Source: a virus
Taxonomy: Duplodnaviria > Heunggongvirae > Uroviricota > Caudoviricetes
DNA: 64,000 nucleotides
Virus record (IMG/VR): IMGVR_UViG_3300038412_000041
Strand: one strand, 5' to 3'
Shown here piece after piece: positions 46,766-55,129 of this stretch (position 1 is the stretch's first letter; each line of letters opens with the position of its first letter). The notes under the pieces are model-generated. The model was not told the DNA's origin. It saw nothing but the letters and a program-made list of their open reading frames with translations, and did no database searches. A program made the position numbers and the translations under genes.

Positions 46766-47084
46766 ATTTACTGAAGATGAGATAGCGGTTCTATCTAGTC
46801 TAAACTCTGGGTTTTCGCATTTACCTGACGCTGACAAACGCAAAGAAGCGATTGATTCGCTCATGAATAGAGAAATAGTTGCAAAGATTCAGATAACTGA
46901 AGGTACATACTTGTACCGAATAATTCAAAGTCCCAATAGTTGTGCATTTGTCGAGTTTACAAGTGCTGGACCTATCCTTCATGTATATGGTGTTCCGACA
47001 CGTTCTTATTTAGGAACGTGGTTTAACGCTGAATCTTTAGACCTTGCTGCTAAAATCAACATTAACGCAAAAAGATGTAAATAG
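46755..47084 (+). CDS. hypothetical protein
   Basis: 109 aa ORF. Confidence 0.35.
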   Translation: MDDKFTEDEIAVLSSLNSGFSHLPDADKRKEAIDSLMNREIVAKIQITEGTYLYRIIQSPNSCAFVEFTSAGPILHVYGVPTRSYLGTWFNAESLDLAAKININAKRCK

Positions 47085-47113
47085 TCTATAGTACAACAAC
47101 TATAGACCTAGGC

Positions 47114-48040
47114 ATGTCACTAAAACTTGTAAAAGTAATCAGCCATTTCAAATCCTCTTTTGACAAGGTTACGACCGACTATATTGAGACGCCTGTCTCT
47201 TTATTGTCAAAAGAGGATTCTCTGGATTATGCTAAACGCGCCAGAGAACTCCACCCTTCTTCTTTTCCAGTATGCCCTTTACGTATGGCATACGAGCGTC
47301 TCACAGTAGAAGACGATCCAATAGTCTATCGCAATTTCACCCAAGATTACTATCTGAATGTAGGAACCACAGCACACTTGTTGTTGCAGTACTGGTTCGG
47401 TAGAACTGGTTATCTTGTAGGTAACTGGACTTGTGCAAACTGCAAAACAGCTTACCGTTTTTCTGTCAAACCAAAGAAGTGTAGGAGTTGCAAGCACACG
47501 GAATTTCTATACCATGAGTTGGGAGGTAAGACTGACAACATTAGATGGCACACTGATGGAGTCTACAAAATAGGTGATTACTATTATGTTTTGGACTTCA
47601 AAACAACAGGTGATTACCAGTTAGATATGCACCGTAAGAATAAGAACGTTTTTCCTTACTTCAACAATGTCTTGCAGTTAGAAGGTTATTTTCCTCTGTT
47701 AGAGCAAAAGTACAATGTAAAGCTATCAGGTTGGCTTCTGGCATATATATCAAGATCACGTCCGATGCCTCCATACGGAATAGAAGTGATAGGAAAGACT
47801 GTAACTGATTCCGATAGAGACTTGATGGAAGAACGACTTGAAAGATTTAAAAAAGCTCATACTCTATCATTAAAGGTAGAAGAAAATCCTAGACTAGTAT
47901 TGAAAAAAGCAATGGCTACAAAGCTATGCGAGTCAAGACAAATGTATGAAGAGAAAATAAAAGGGTATAACCCATGTCCACTGTCAGACGTGTGTTTTAA
48001 AAAGTCTGCTCTAATCAAACAGTTAAAGGAAGTGATATGA
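47114..48040 (+). CDS. PD-(D/E)xK-like nuclease candidate with zinc-ribbon insert
   Basis: GTTAHLLLQYWF, then CANC..CRSC, then HTDGVYKIGDYYYVLDFKTTG (D / D-x-K arrangement). Weak. Confidence 0.35.
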   Translation: MSLKLVKVISHFKSSFDKVTTDYIETPVSLLSKEDSLDYAKRARELHPSSFPVCPLRMAYERLTVEDDPIVYRNFTQDYYLNVGTTAHLLLQYWFGRTGYLVGNWTCANCKTAYRFSVKPKKCRSCKHTEFLYHELGGKTDNIRWHTDGVYKIGDYYYVLDFKTTGDYQLDMHRKNKNVFPYFNNVLQLEGYFPLLEQKYNVKLSGWLLAYISRSRPMPPYGIEVIGKTVTDSDRDLMEERLERFKKAHTLSLKVEENPRLVLKKAMATKLCESRQMYEEKIKGYNPCPLSDVCFKKSALIKQLKEVI

Positions 48041-49017
48041 AAATAGAAACTGATGACTATGTGATACTAAAAATCGAGAAGAGCAAAAGCTTGGCGCAAA
48101 TTGAGAAGGTTAGCGGTGACAAGATTACTGCTACTCTTGAACAGCGGCGTTACGAAAGACCCATCACTGAAGAGTTCTTTGTTAAGGACATTATAGCCGT
48201 ACTCGGCGCTAGACCACAACCAGGTAGTGTCCACGGTGTTACCGTAGAACCTTATTGGAAAACAGTAGACCACAGTATGTGGGGGCCTGTAAGACTGTTT
48301 CATAGAATGAAGAAAGAAACGTGGAAGTCAATAAATGAAGGTCTCACATTAGCTTATAGACTATTGGAAAAGAAAGGTCTAACCGGATTCATTGAAGAAG
48401 GAAACTTGACAATCTCCATAAAGCCTAGTAGAGGCAAAAATCTTGGCATGTATTACTACCGTCAAAAAGGTGACCAATCTAATGACGAGTTAATGTTTAG
48501 AGTTCAAGAGACGCAACACAAGAGTCTATACAAAGAAGTGATACTTCATGAAGCAGGACATGGTATTTATTACCGTCTGTTTACGGCAGCACAACGTGCA
48601 TCATGGATCAAAGCTCACGTTCGTTACTGTTCGTTTATCAAACATGAAGCAGCTATCGTACAAACCTTAGGTAAGAAGTTTATCAAGAGTGGTATGCATC
48701 CTTTGTCCTTTGCTTCTGAGCTAGATGAACAGGAAGAAGCAATATTTCACTTAGCTTACAAAGAAATGTGTAGCAATTATCGGTTGAAGAAGAAACACGT
48801 TGAGGAGATAATTAGTAGTGGTAAGATTGAAGAGTTGCAAATGATGTGGCCTAAAACTGATATCCGCTATCCAGAGTTTGAAGAGGTAATTGGCAGTTAT
48901 GCATCCACAAACGCCGAAGAATTGTTCGCCGAGGCTTTTAGACTATACATGACTGGCGTTAAACTTCCAAAGTTTTTGAATGCTCCTATGGAAAGACACT
49001 TGGCATCAATCAAATAG
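48037..49017 (+). CDS. HExxH zinc-metallopeptidase-like protein (ImmA/IrrE-like?)
   Basis: VILHEAGHGIYY is a minimal zincin motif. 326 aa. Confidence 0.4.
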   Translation: MKIETDDYVILKIEKSKSLAQIEKVSGDKITATLEQRRYERPITEEFFVKDIIAVLGARPQPGSVHGVTVEPYWKTVDHSMWGPVRLFHRMKKETWKSINEGLTLAYRLLEKKGLTGFIEEGNLTISIKPSRGKNLGMYYYRQKGDQSNDELMFRVQETQHKSLYKEVILHEAGHGIYYRLFTAAQRASWIKAHVRYCSFIKHEAAIVQTLGKKFIKSGMHPLSFASELDEQEEAIFHLAYKEMCSNYRLKKKHVEEIISSGKIEELQMMWPKTDIRYPEFEEVIGSYASTNAEELFAEAFRLYMTGVKLPKFLNAPMERHLASIK

Positions 49018-49026
49018 GGTAATGAA

Positions 49027-50289
49027 ATGCAAGACATAAAAGAAATGATAGACCACCAACTATCGAACCAGCTTACTGTTGGCTTAGTAGGAGCCTCAGT
49101 AGTAGGCTGGTTTCTTTATACACTACGTTCTATACCTGATAAATTAAAAACACTGATTCTCTACTTCTTCACTGTAGAGGCTAACATTAGGAATGACAAC
49201 TCCATATTTGAAGATTTGGAGCGTTGGCTGGATAAGCAAATTGTAAGCTCTAGAGCTAGGACTCTTAGAATAACAACGCAATGGAACGATGACCACCCTG
49301 ATGCAAGCACCAAGGAAATGATGATTTCTGCTGGTTTAGGTTTCCACTATTTTAGATATAGGAAATCTTTTGTTTTTATGTGGCGCAAATCTGAAGGTGC
49401 GGGAGTAGATACAAAAGGTCCTGTCTATGAGTATATCGAATTAAGGACTATAGGTAGAAAGCAAGACGTGCTACGCGCAATATTTAATGAAGTAGACGAG
49501 AACAACAAACATGCTGATACGGTTGGTGTAAGGATATGGAATGGGTACTGGCGTTTGATTAACAGAAAATCCAAACGCAGTATGGACTCTGTATTCATTC
49601 CTATAGAGCAGAAAGAAAGAATAACCAAAGACCTAGAAAACTTCCTTAGTTCTGACACCAAAAAGTTTTATCTAAGTCGCGGCATTCCGTATCGTCGTGG
49701 TTATCTATTTAAAGGTATACCTGGTAGCGGTAAGACTACACTGATTCATGCTTTAGCAAGTCATTACAATCTGTCCCTCTATATTGTCAATCTAAGCACT
49801 ATAAAAGATGACAACGAACTCTTGACGTGTTTGTCAGGAGCTCCTATAAAGAGTTTGGTTCTTTTAGAAGATATAGATCGTCTAGGTATAGCACACGCTA
49901 ATTCTAAATTAGAAGTAGGTGCTAATAGTCAAGTAGAAGGTGAAGAAAGAAGTGTAGTTACACTGCAAGGATTATTGAATGCTATAGATGGTATAGCATC
50001 TAGTGAAGGCCGCATACTTGTAATGACTTCAAATCATCCTGAATTGCTTGATCCTGCTCTGATTCGTGATGGACGTATTGATCTACATGAGGACTTCAAT
50101 GCTATACACTTCAATGAAGCTCTGGATATGGTGTCTTATTTCTATGCAATACCTAAACAAAATATTGTAAATGCTTTACAGATGGTTTATAGAAAACCTA
50201 TACCAGCAAGCAAACTTCAAGGCATACTACTTAAAACCAAAAACATAGAAGATTCACTCAAGGCATTGGAGAATTTGAATGGCAATTAA
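49027..50289 (+). CDS. BCS1-like AAA+ ATPase with N-terminal transmembrane segment
   Basis: Walker A GIPGSGKTT, Walker B LVLLEDIDR and sensor region ILVMTSNHPELLDPALIRDGRIDL. N-terminal hydrophobic helix LTVGLVGASVVGWFLYTL. Confidence 0.65.
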   Translation: MQDIKEMIDHQLSNQLTVGLVGASVVGWFLYTLRSIPDKLKTLILYFFTVEANIRNDNSIFEDLERWLDKQIVSSRARTLRITTQWNDDHPDASTKEMMISAGLGFHYFRYRKSFVFMWRKSEGAGVDTKGPVYEYIELRTIGRKQDVLRAIFNEVDENNKHADTVGVRIWNGYWRLINRKSKRSMDSVFIPIEQKERITKDLENFLSSDTKKFYLSRGIPYRRGYLFKGIPGSGKTTLIHALASHYNLSLYIVNLSTIKDDNELLTCLSGAPIKSLVLLEDIDRLGIAHANSKLEVGANSQVEGEERSVVTLQGLLNAIDGIASSEGRILVMTSNHPELLDPALIRDGRIDLHEDFNAIHFNEALDMVSYFYAIPKQNIVNALQMVYRKPIPASKLQGILLKTKNIEDSLKALENLNGN

Positions 50290-50899
50290 AAGCATAACCG
50301 ATTTGAGAGCAGCAACTTATAATCCTAGAGAAATCACGACCACGCAACTCAAACAACTAAGGGACTCTATCGAGACCTTTGGAGATTTATCAGGTATCGT
50401 TGTAAACGTTGCTAAAGGTAAAAACACTTTAGTTAGCGGCCATCAACGACTGAAAACTTTGAAGGGTAAGAAAACTAGAATCGTAAAGACTGAATGCAAA
50501 AAGGACCAGCACGGAACGGTTGCTACTGGTTGGATAGAAGTCCTAAATGGAAAGACAGTCACCAAGATTCCATATAGAGAGGTAGACTGGCTGGATAAGC
50601 AAATGGAAATGGCTGCGAACGTTAACGCCAACAGTGCTGGAGGTGAATTTGATAAGGTTAAGCTCGGTTCTGTTTTAGCAAAACTCCAAGCAGGAAAGTT
50701 CAAGATTGAAAGTTTGGCCTTAGATAAGTTTTCAATGATGAAAGCCATGATTGACTTTAGGAAGTCAAACGTACAGTCCAAGGAAGAAGTTGTAAATACA
50801 AAGAGTAAAGACTCTAAGAAAACCAGTTTTGATAAGGTTGATCCTAGAAGTGAAAAGTTTGAACACGTTTGCCCTCGTTGCAAGTTTAAATGGTCTTGA
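50279..50899 (+). CDS. ParB/Srx-fold nuclease-like domain protein with C-terminal zinc ribbon
   Basis: YNPREITTTQLKQLRDSIETFGDLSGIVVN...LVSGHQRLKTL resembles the ParB N-terminal motif. C-terminal CPRCKFKW. Confidence 0.5.
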   Translation: MAIKSITDLRAATYNPREITTTQLKQLRDSIETFGDLSGIVVNVAKGKNTLVSGHQRLKTLKGKKTRIVKTECKKDQHGTVATGWIEVLNGKTVTKIPYREVDWLDKQMEMAANVNANSAGGEFDKVKLGSVLAKLQAGKFKIESLALDKFSMMKAMIDFRKSNVQSKEEVVNTKSKDSKKTSFDKVDPRSEKFEHVCPRCKFKWS

Positions 50900-50915
50900 T
50901 AAGGAGAATTGATAA

Positions 50916-51473
50916 ATGACTACAGTTTGTGCTGGTTGGGTAAACAACAAACCTATAATTGCAGCAGACAAGCTTACGACTACTGATAGGTGCTACTCGG
51001 TATCAAAGCTAATTAAAGGAGATTCTTACATTATTGGAGTTTCAGGAAGTCTTGCTTGCAAACAGGCAATAGAAGCTACATTATCTGATGACCCATCCAT
51101 AGATTTTTCATCAACCTCAACAACACTGGACAGTCTTAGTTGGCTCCATAGAACATTGATTGAGGAGTATGGTTTTTCTTCAGTAGTTAATGAAGAAGCA
51201 CACCGAGTTTTGTTGCCTGTAGAAATGATAATTCTGACAGACGATAGGATTTACGAAGTACATGCAGACTTAGCAATTCTTGAAGTGCAAAACAATCTGG
51301 CACAAAGCATATATCCGTTTACTGCTATTGGTTCTGGCAAGGCATACGCGTTAGGAAATCTACATAGAAACACGTATGAGTTAAAGGAAGTTGATCTAGT
51401 TAACGCCGTGTTAGCTGCTTCTGCCTTTGACATTGGAACAGCATTTGATGTAGAAGTGAGTAAGCTAACTTGA
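50916..51473 (+). CDS. HslV/proteasome-beta-like Ntn-hydrolase
   Basis: N-terminal MTTVCAGW (Thr2 nucleophile position), IIGVSGSLAC and FTAIGSGKAYALGNL, compared with HslV MTTIVSV..., ...AGFAGGTADA and AIGSGGPYA. Confidence 0.5.
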   Translation: MTTVCAGWVNNKPIIAADKLTTTDRCYSVSKLIKGDSYIIGVSGSLACKQAIEATLSDDPSIDFSSTSTTLDSLSWLHRTLIEEYGFSSVVNEEAHRVLLPVEMIILTDDRIYEVHADLAILEVQNNLAQSIYPFTAIGSGKAYALGNLHRNTYELKEVDLVNAVLAASAFDIGTAFDVEVSKLT

Positions 51474-52513
51474 AACTTCCAAAAGGTGCATCTGCAAAGA
51501 TTATAGAGTTTAAGCAGCCTTCAAGAGTACCATCAATCACTGAAATTAATGATAAGCCAAAACGTTGGAAAGCTCTATCATTCTTCAGTGGTTGTGGTGG
51601 AGGTAGCACCGGCCTTAAATGGGCCGGTTTTGACGTTTTGTACGCCAATGAGTTTGTACCTAATGCTGCCAAGAATTATAAGCTAAATTCTCCTAGTACT
51701 ATCGTGGACACTAGAGACATTCGTAAGGTAACCGGAAAGTCTATTCTGAAAAAGCTTGGTCTTAAAAGAGGACAAGTTGATTTAATAGAAGCTTCCCCAC
51801 CTTGTAAAGGTTTCTCAAGCACTAGAGCTTCCAAGAAAGGGTCAGATTTTGGTGTCATAGTAAAGTATAGTGAAGGGATTAAGCAGCGCATTGATGATCT
51901 ATTCTTTGAGTTCCTTAGAATCGCTGACGAAATTAAGCCAAAGGTCTTCGTTATGGAGAATGTTGATGGTCTGGCTAACCATGTTAATAAAGGAATCCTT
52001 GTAGAGATTCTGGACAACGTTGAGAGAATAGGTTACACAGTAGAAGCTAGAATCTTGGATTTGTCTCTGCTTGGTTGGCCTCAACGAAGAAAGCGCATGA
52101 TCTTTGTCTGTGTTAGAAACGACTTGGTTAAGAAAGGATTCAAACCAGTGTTTCCAAAACCAGCGGAAAAAGAAGCAACTGTTGCTTCAATGTTTCCTTA
52201 TATAGAAAGAATTAGGATTGGGAGCGGTTTTGTTAGTCCTGACAGAGCAAGTCCTTGTATAACAGCTAGTGATCATAGTATTGGTTTCACTGCTCGTTTT
52301 AGCTGTGGTGGTTGGATAGAAACTCGTAATGGTTATCGTCGTTACACGATACAGGAACTAAAGCGCATGTTTGGTTTTCCTGATGATTTTCAGTTAAAAG
52401 GTTCATTCATTCAGCAGTGGGAAAGATTAGGAAGATCACACGCTCCGCCACAGATGTACAAGATAGCGAAAACTATTGAAAAACATATCCTTCTACCTTG
52501 GGCTAATAGATGA
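51470..52513 (+). CDS. DNA (cytosine-5)-methyltransferase-family enzyme with atypical cofactor-pocket residues
   Basis: Motif I FFSGCGGGSTGLKWAGF, IV SPPCKGFS (PCK instead of PCQ), VI FVMENVDGL, VIII GWPQRRKRMIFV, IX RRYTIQELKRMFGFPDDF, X LGRSHAPP (GR instead of GN). TTG start overlapping the upstream TGA. Confidence 0.8.
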   Translation: MKLPKGASAKIIEFKQPSRVPSITEINDKPKRWKALSFFSGCGGGSTGLKWAGFDVLYANEFVPNAAKNYKLNSPSTIVDTRDIRKVTGKSILKKLGLKRGQVDLIEASPPCKGFSSTRASKKGSDFGVIVKYSEGIKQRIDDLFFEFLRIADEIKPKVFVMENVDGLANHVNKGILVEILDNVERIGYTVEARILDLSLLGWPQRRKRMIFVCVRNDLVKKGFKPVFPKPAEKEATVASMFPYIERIRIGSGFVSPDRASPCITASDHSIGFTARFSCGGWIETRNGYRRYTIQELKRMFGFPDDFQLKGSFIQQWERLGRSHAPPQMYKIAKTIEKHILLPWANR

Positions 52514-54321
52514 AGTACTCGACGCAAACTTTTATAAAAGAAGCGAAGAAGGTTCATGGAAATAAATATAGTTACAAGAAAACCAGGTTTGTAGGTTTAC
52601 ATACTAATATACTTGTAACTTGTAAAATTCATGGTGCTTGGTACCCAAGAGCAGTTAGACACCTTTCAGGTATGCAATGTCCGAAATGTGTAGGTAAATA
52701 TAAAGATACTGCATCATTTATTAAGGAACTTTCTAACGTACATGGTGTTGGGAAATTTGATTGGTCTAAGGTAGAGTATACAAAAGCAGAAAATAAAATA
52801 GAGGTTCTCTGCAAAACACATGGCATGTGGAAACCTACGGCAGCAAGTCATCTTAGAGGCAGTGGTTGTCCAAAATGCTCAATAGAAAAACAGAGAAAAC
52901 CAATACACATATTTTTAAAAGAAGCCTTAAAAGTACATGGTGTTAAGTATGACTACTCCAAGGTTGAGTACACGGCGAATAAAGATTTGATACTTATAGG
53001 TTGTAATATTCACGGTTTTTGGAAACAATACGTTTCTAGTCATTTGCGAGGACATGGTTGTCCAAAATGTTCAGCAATACGTGTAGGCAAAAAGAAACGT
53101 ATAACACATGATGAATTTCTAACAAAAGCCCTAAAAGTTCATGGAACAAAATTCAACTTAGACAAGGTAAAATATAAAACTTCAAATACGCATGTTATTA
53201 TAACCTGCAATAAACATGGAGACTGGCGTTGCACACCTGCAAATTATTTAAGAGGTTATGGTTGTCCTACATGTGCAAGAGTATTTGATAGCCGAGATTC
53301 ATGGATTAAGAAGGCTAGAGAGTTGCACGGTTCAACTTTTAGTTACCAATCTTTTGTTTTTAAGGATATTCAACAATCTATAAAGATTAGATGCAATAAA
53401 CATGGCTATGTGTTTACACAAAATCTTTACAAGCATTTACGTTACAAGTTTCCTTGTGCTAAATGTAGAACAGAATACTTAAATTCTATAGGCATAGGAA
53501 CTTCTTTACTTGAGAACATTGTAAGGAAATGGGTATCTAAATATACAACGGTTGTATCCAACACAAAAGAAATAATAAAGCCCTACGAGTTAGATATTTG
53601 GTGTCCTAAAGAAAAGATAGCTATAGAGATAAATGGTCTTTACTGGCATTCAGAATTGTACAAGTCTAAAGATTACCACAAAACAAAGTACGAACTGTGT
53701 AGAGATAGAGGTATACGTTTATTACAGTTTTGGGAAGATGCCGTACATAAAAGACCTAAAGCAGTGAAAAGCTTGATACTTAGTGCGTTAGGAAAAAATT
53801 TGAAAATAGGTGCAAGAGAGTGCCAAATTGTAAATGTATCTAGTGCAGAAACCAAAGAGTTTCTTGATGCTTATCATATACAAGGAAATGTGAATGGTAA
53901 AATACGTTTAGGTCTTACATACAAAGATAAACTTGTTTGTCTTGCTGTGTTTGGCGCTAATAGATTTGGAGAAGGTTTAGAGCTTTTACGTTTTGTTAGT
54001 AAGTATGGATATTTTGTTAGCGGTGGTTTTGCCAGACTCTTGTCAAAAATAGATATAAGACCTATAGTTACATACTGCAATCTAGACATATCTGTAGGTA
54101 CAATGTACGAAAATGCAGGTTTTGTACTTGATGGAAAAACTAAAGTAGGCTATCGCTGGTTCGGTCATGGCAAAATATTATCTAGATATCAATGTCAACC
54201 AACTAGATTAAAGTCTTTACTTCCTAAATACAACCAGTCATTGACAGAAGTTCAAAATATGCACAATGCAGGGTATGTTCGGTTATTCGATTCAGGAAAC
54301 TTGCGCTACATATTAAAATAG
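52510..54321 (+). CDS. modular endonuclease: five tandem ~65 aa zinc-ribbon repeat modules plus a DUF559/Vsr-like restriction-endonuclease-fold domain (homing endonuclease candidate)
   Basis: Five repeats of F(I/L)KEA.KVHG.KY.Y.KV.Y...C..HG.W....HLRG.GCPKC. Then ELDIWCPKEKIAIEINGLYWHS...KYELCRDRGIRLLQFWEDAV, matching the DUF559 pattern AIE.DG..H...D..R...L...G..vlRF. Confidence 0.55.
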   Translation: MKYSTQTFIKEAKKVHGNKYSYKKTRFVGLHTNILVTCKIHGAWYPRAVRHLSGMQCPKCVGKYKDTASFIKELSNVHGVGKFDWSKVEYTKAENKIEVLCKTHGMWKPTAASHLRGSGCPKCSIEKQRKPIHIFLKEALKVHGVKYDYSKVEYTANKDLILIGCNIHGFWKQYVSSHLRGHGCPKCSAIRVGKKKRITHDEFLTKALKVHGTKFNLDKVKYKTSNTHVIITCNKHGDWRCTPANYLRGYGCPTCARVFDSRDSWIKKARELHGSTFSYQSFVFKDIQQSIKIRCNKHGYVFTQNLYKHLRYKFPCAKCRTEYLNSIGIGTSLLENIVRKWVSKYTTVVSNTKEIIKPYELDIWCPKEKIAIEINGLYWHSELYKSKDYHKTKYELCRDRGIRLLQFWEDAVHKRPKAVKSLILSALGKNLKIGARECQIVNVSSAETKEFLDAYHIQGNVNGKIRLGLTYKDKLVCLAVFGANRFGEGLELLRFVSKYGYFVSGGFARLLSKIDIRPIVTYCNLDISVGTMYENAGFVLDGKTKVGYRWFGHGKILSRYQCQPTRLKSLLPKYNQSLTEVQNMHNAGYVRLFDSGNLRYILK

Positions 54322-54335
54322 TCAGGAGTCTACAA

Positions 54336-55127
54336 ATGAAAGAAGCAAAAGCAGGAACAAACGCTGAATTTCACCACAAGCATGAACAAGAACACCACCA
54401 GCAACAGCAGCAACTAGGTGATACACATGTTGCTAAAGAAGGTGAGAAGTGGGAGTTTGACCAAGAGGTTACCAAAGTATTTCCTGATATGATTTCTTCT
54501 TCTATCCCTGGCTATGATTCTATGCGTAGCTTAACTACTAGATTGGCTCAAAAGTTTTTAAAGAGTGGAGCTTGTCTTGATTTAGGTTCTTCTCTAGGTG
54601 GTGCTGTATCAGAACTGATTGATAGTAATGAACATGCTCGTTTTGTATTGACCGAGATTAGCCAACCTATGCTAGAGGCACTTTCTAAAAGATACAAAGA
54701 CGAGAAGAATGTGGACGTGTGTGAGGTTGATTTAAGAAATGGTATTGTGCCAGTCCTACGCAATAGTCTCTATAATGTAGTGTTGTGTAACCTGACTCTA
54801 ATGTTTGTGCCAGTAGAGTACAGGTTCAAGCTAGTTAGAAGCATATATAGGTCAATGGAGGCTGGTGGGATTTTTCTATTGGTAGAAAAGACACTTGGTA
54901 ATTATCCTGAATCACAAGAGTTGCTTGTCGAGCAGTACCTTGATCTAAAGAGATTACGTGGTTATACGGAAGAGCAGATTCTCAGAAAACGTCTTGCTTT
55001 AGAAGGTGTACTGGTTCCAGTGACTCAATCGTGGAATGAAGACATGTTAAAGTCAGCAGGCTTCAAGATTATTGACTGCTACTGGAGAGCATTACAATTT
55101 ACAGGTACGTTTGCTATAAAGGAATAA
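54336..55127 (+). CDS. cmoA: carboxy-S-adenosyl-L-methionine synthase (CmoA) homologue
   Basis: Full-length colinearity with bacterial CmoA: FDQEVTKVFPDMISSSIPGYDSM / ACLDLGSSLGGA / VVLCNLTLMFVP / GGIFLLVEK / LKRLRGYTEEQILRKRLALEGV / KSAGF. Confidence 0.7.
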   Translation: MKEAKAGTNAEFHHKHEQEHHQQQQQLGDTHVAKEGEKWEFDQEVTKVFPDMISSSIPGYDSMRSLTTRLAQKFLKSGACLDLGSSLGGAVSELIDSNEHARFVLTEISQPMLEALSKRYKDEKNVDVCEVDLRNGIVPVLRNSLYNVVLCNLTLMFVPVEYRFKLVRSIYRSMEAGGIFLLVEKTLGNYPESQELLVEQYLDLKRLRGYTEEQILRKRLALEGVLVPVTQSWNEDMLKSAGFKIIDCYWRALQFTGTFAIKE

Positions 55128-55129
55128 TC

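Noticed and set aside
52519-53300. Five ~200-bp modules suggesting a DNA repeat array
   Set aside because: The repetition is at protein level (zinc-ribbon modules) with diverged nucleotide sequence. It is a modular endonuclease, not a non-coding repeat or CRISPR array.
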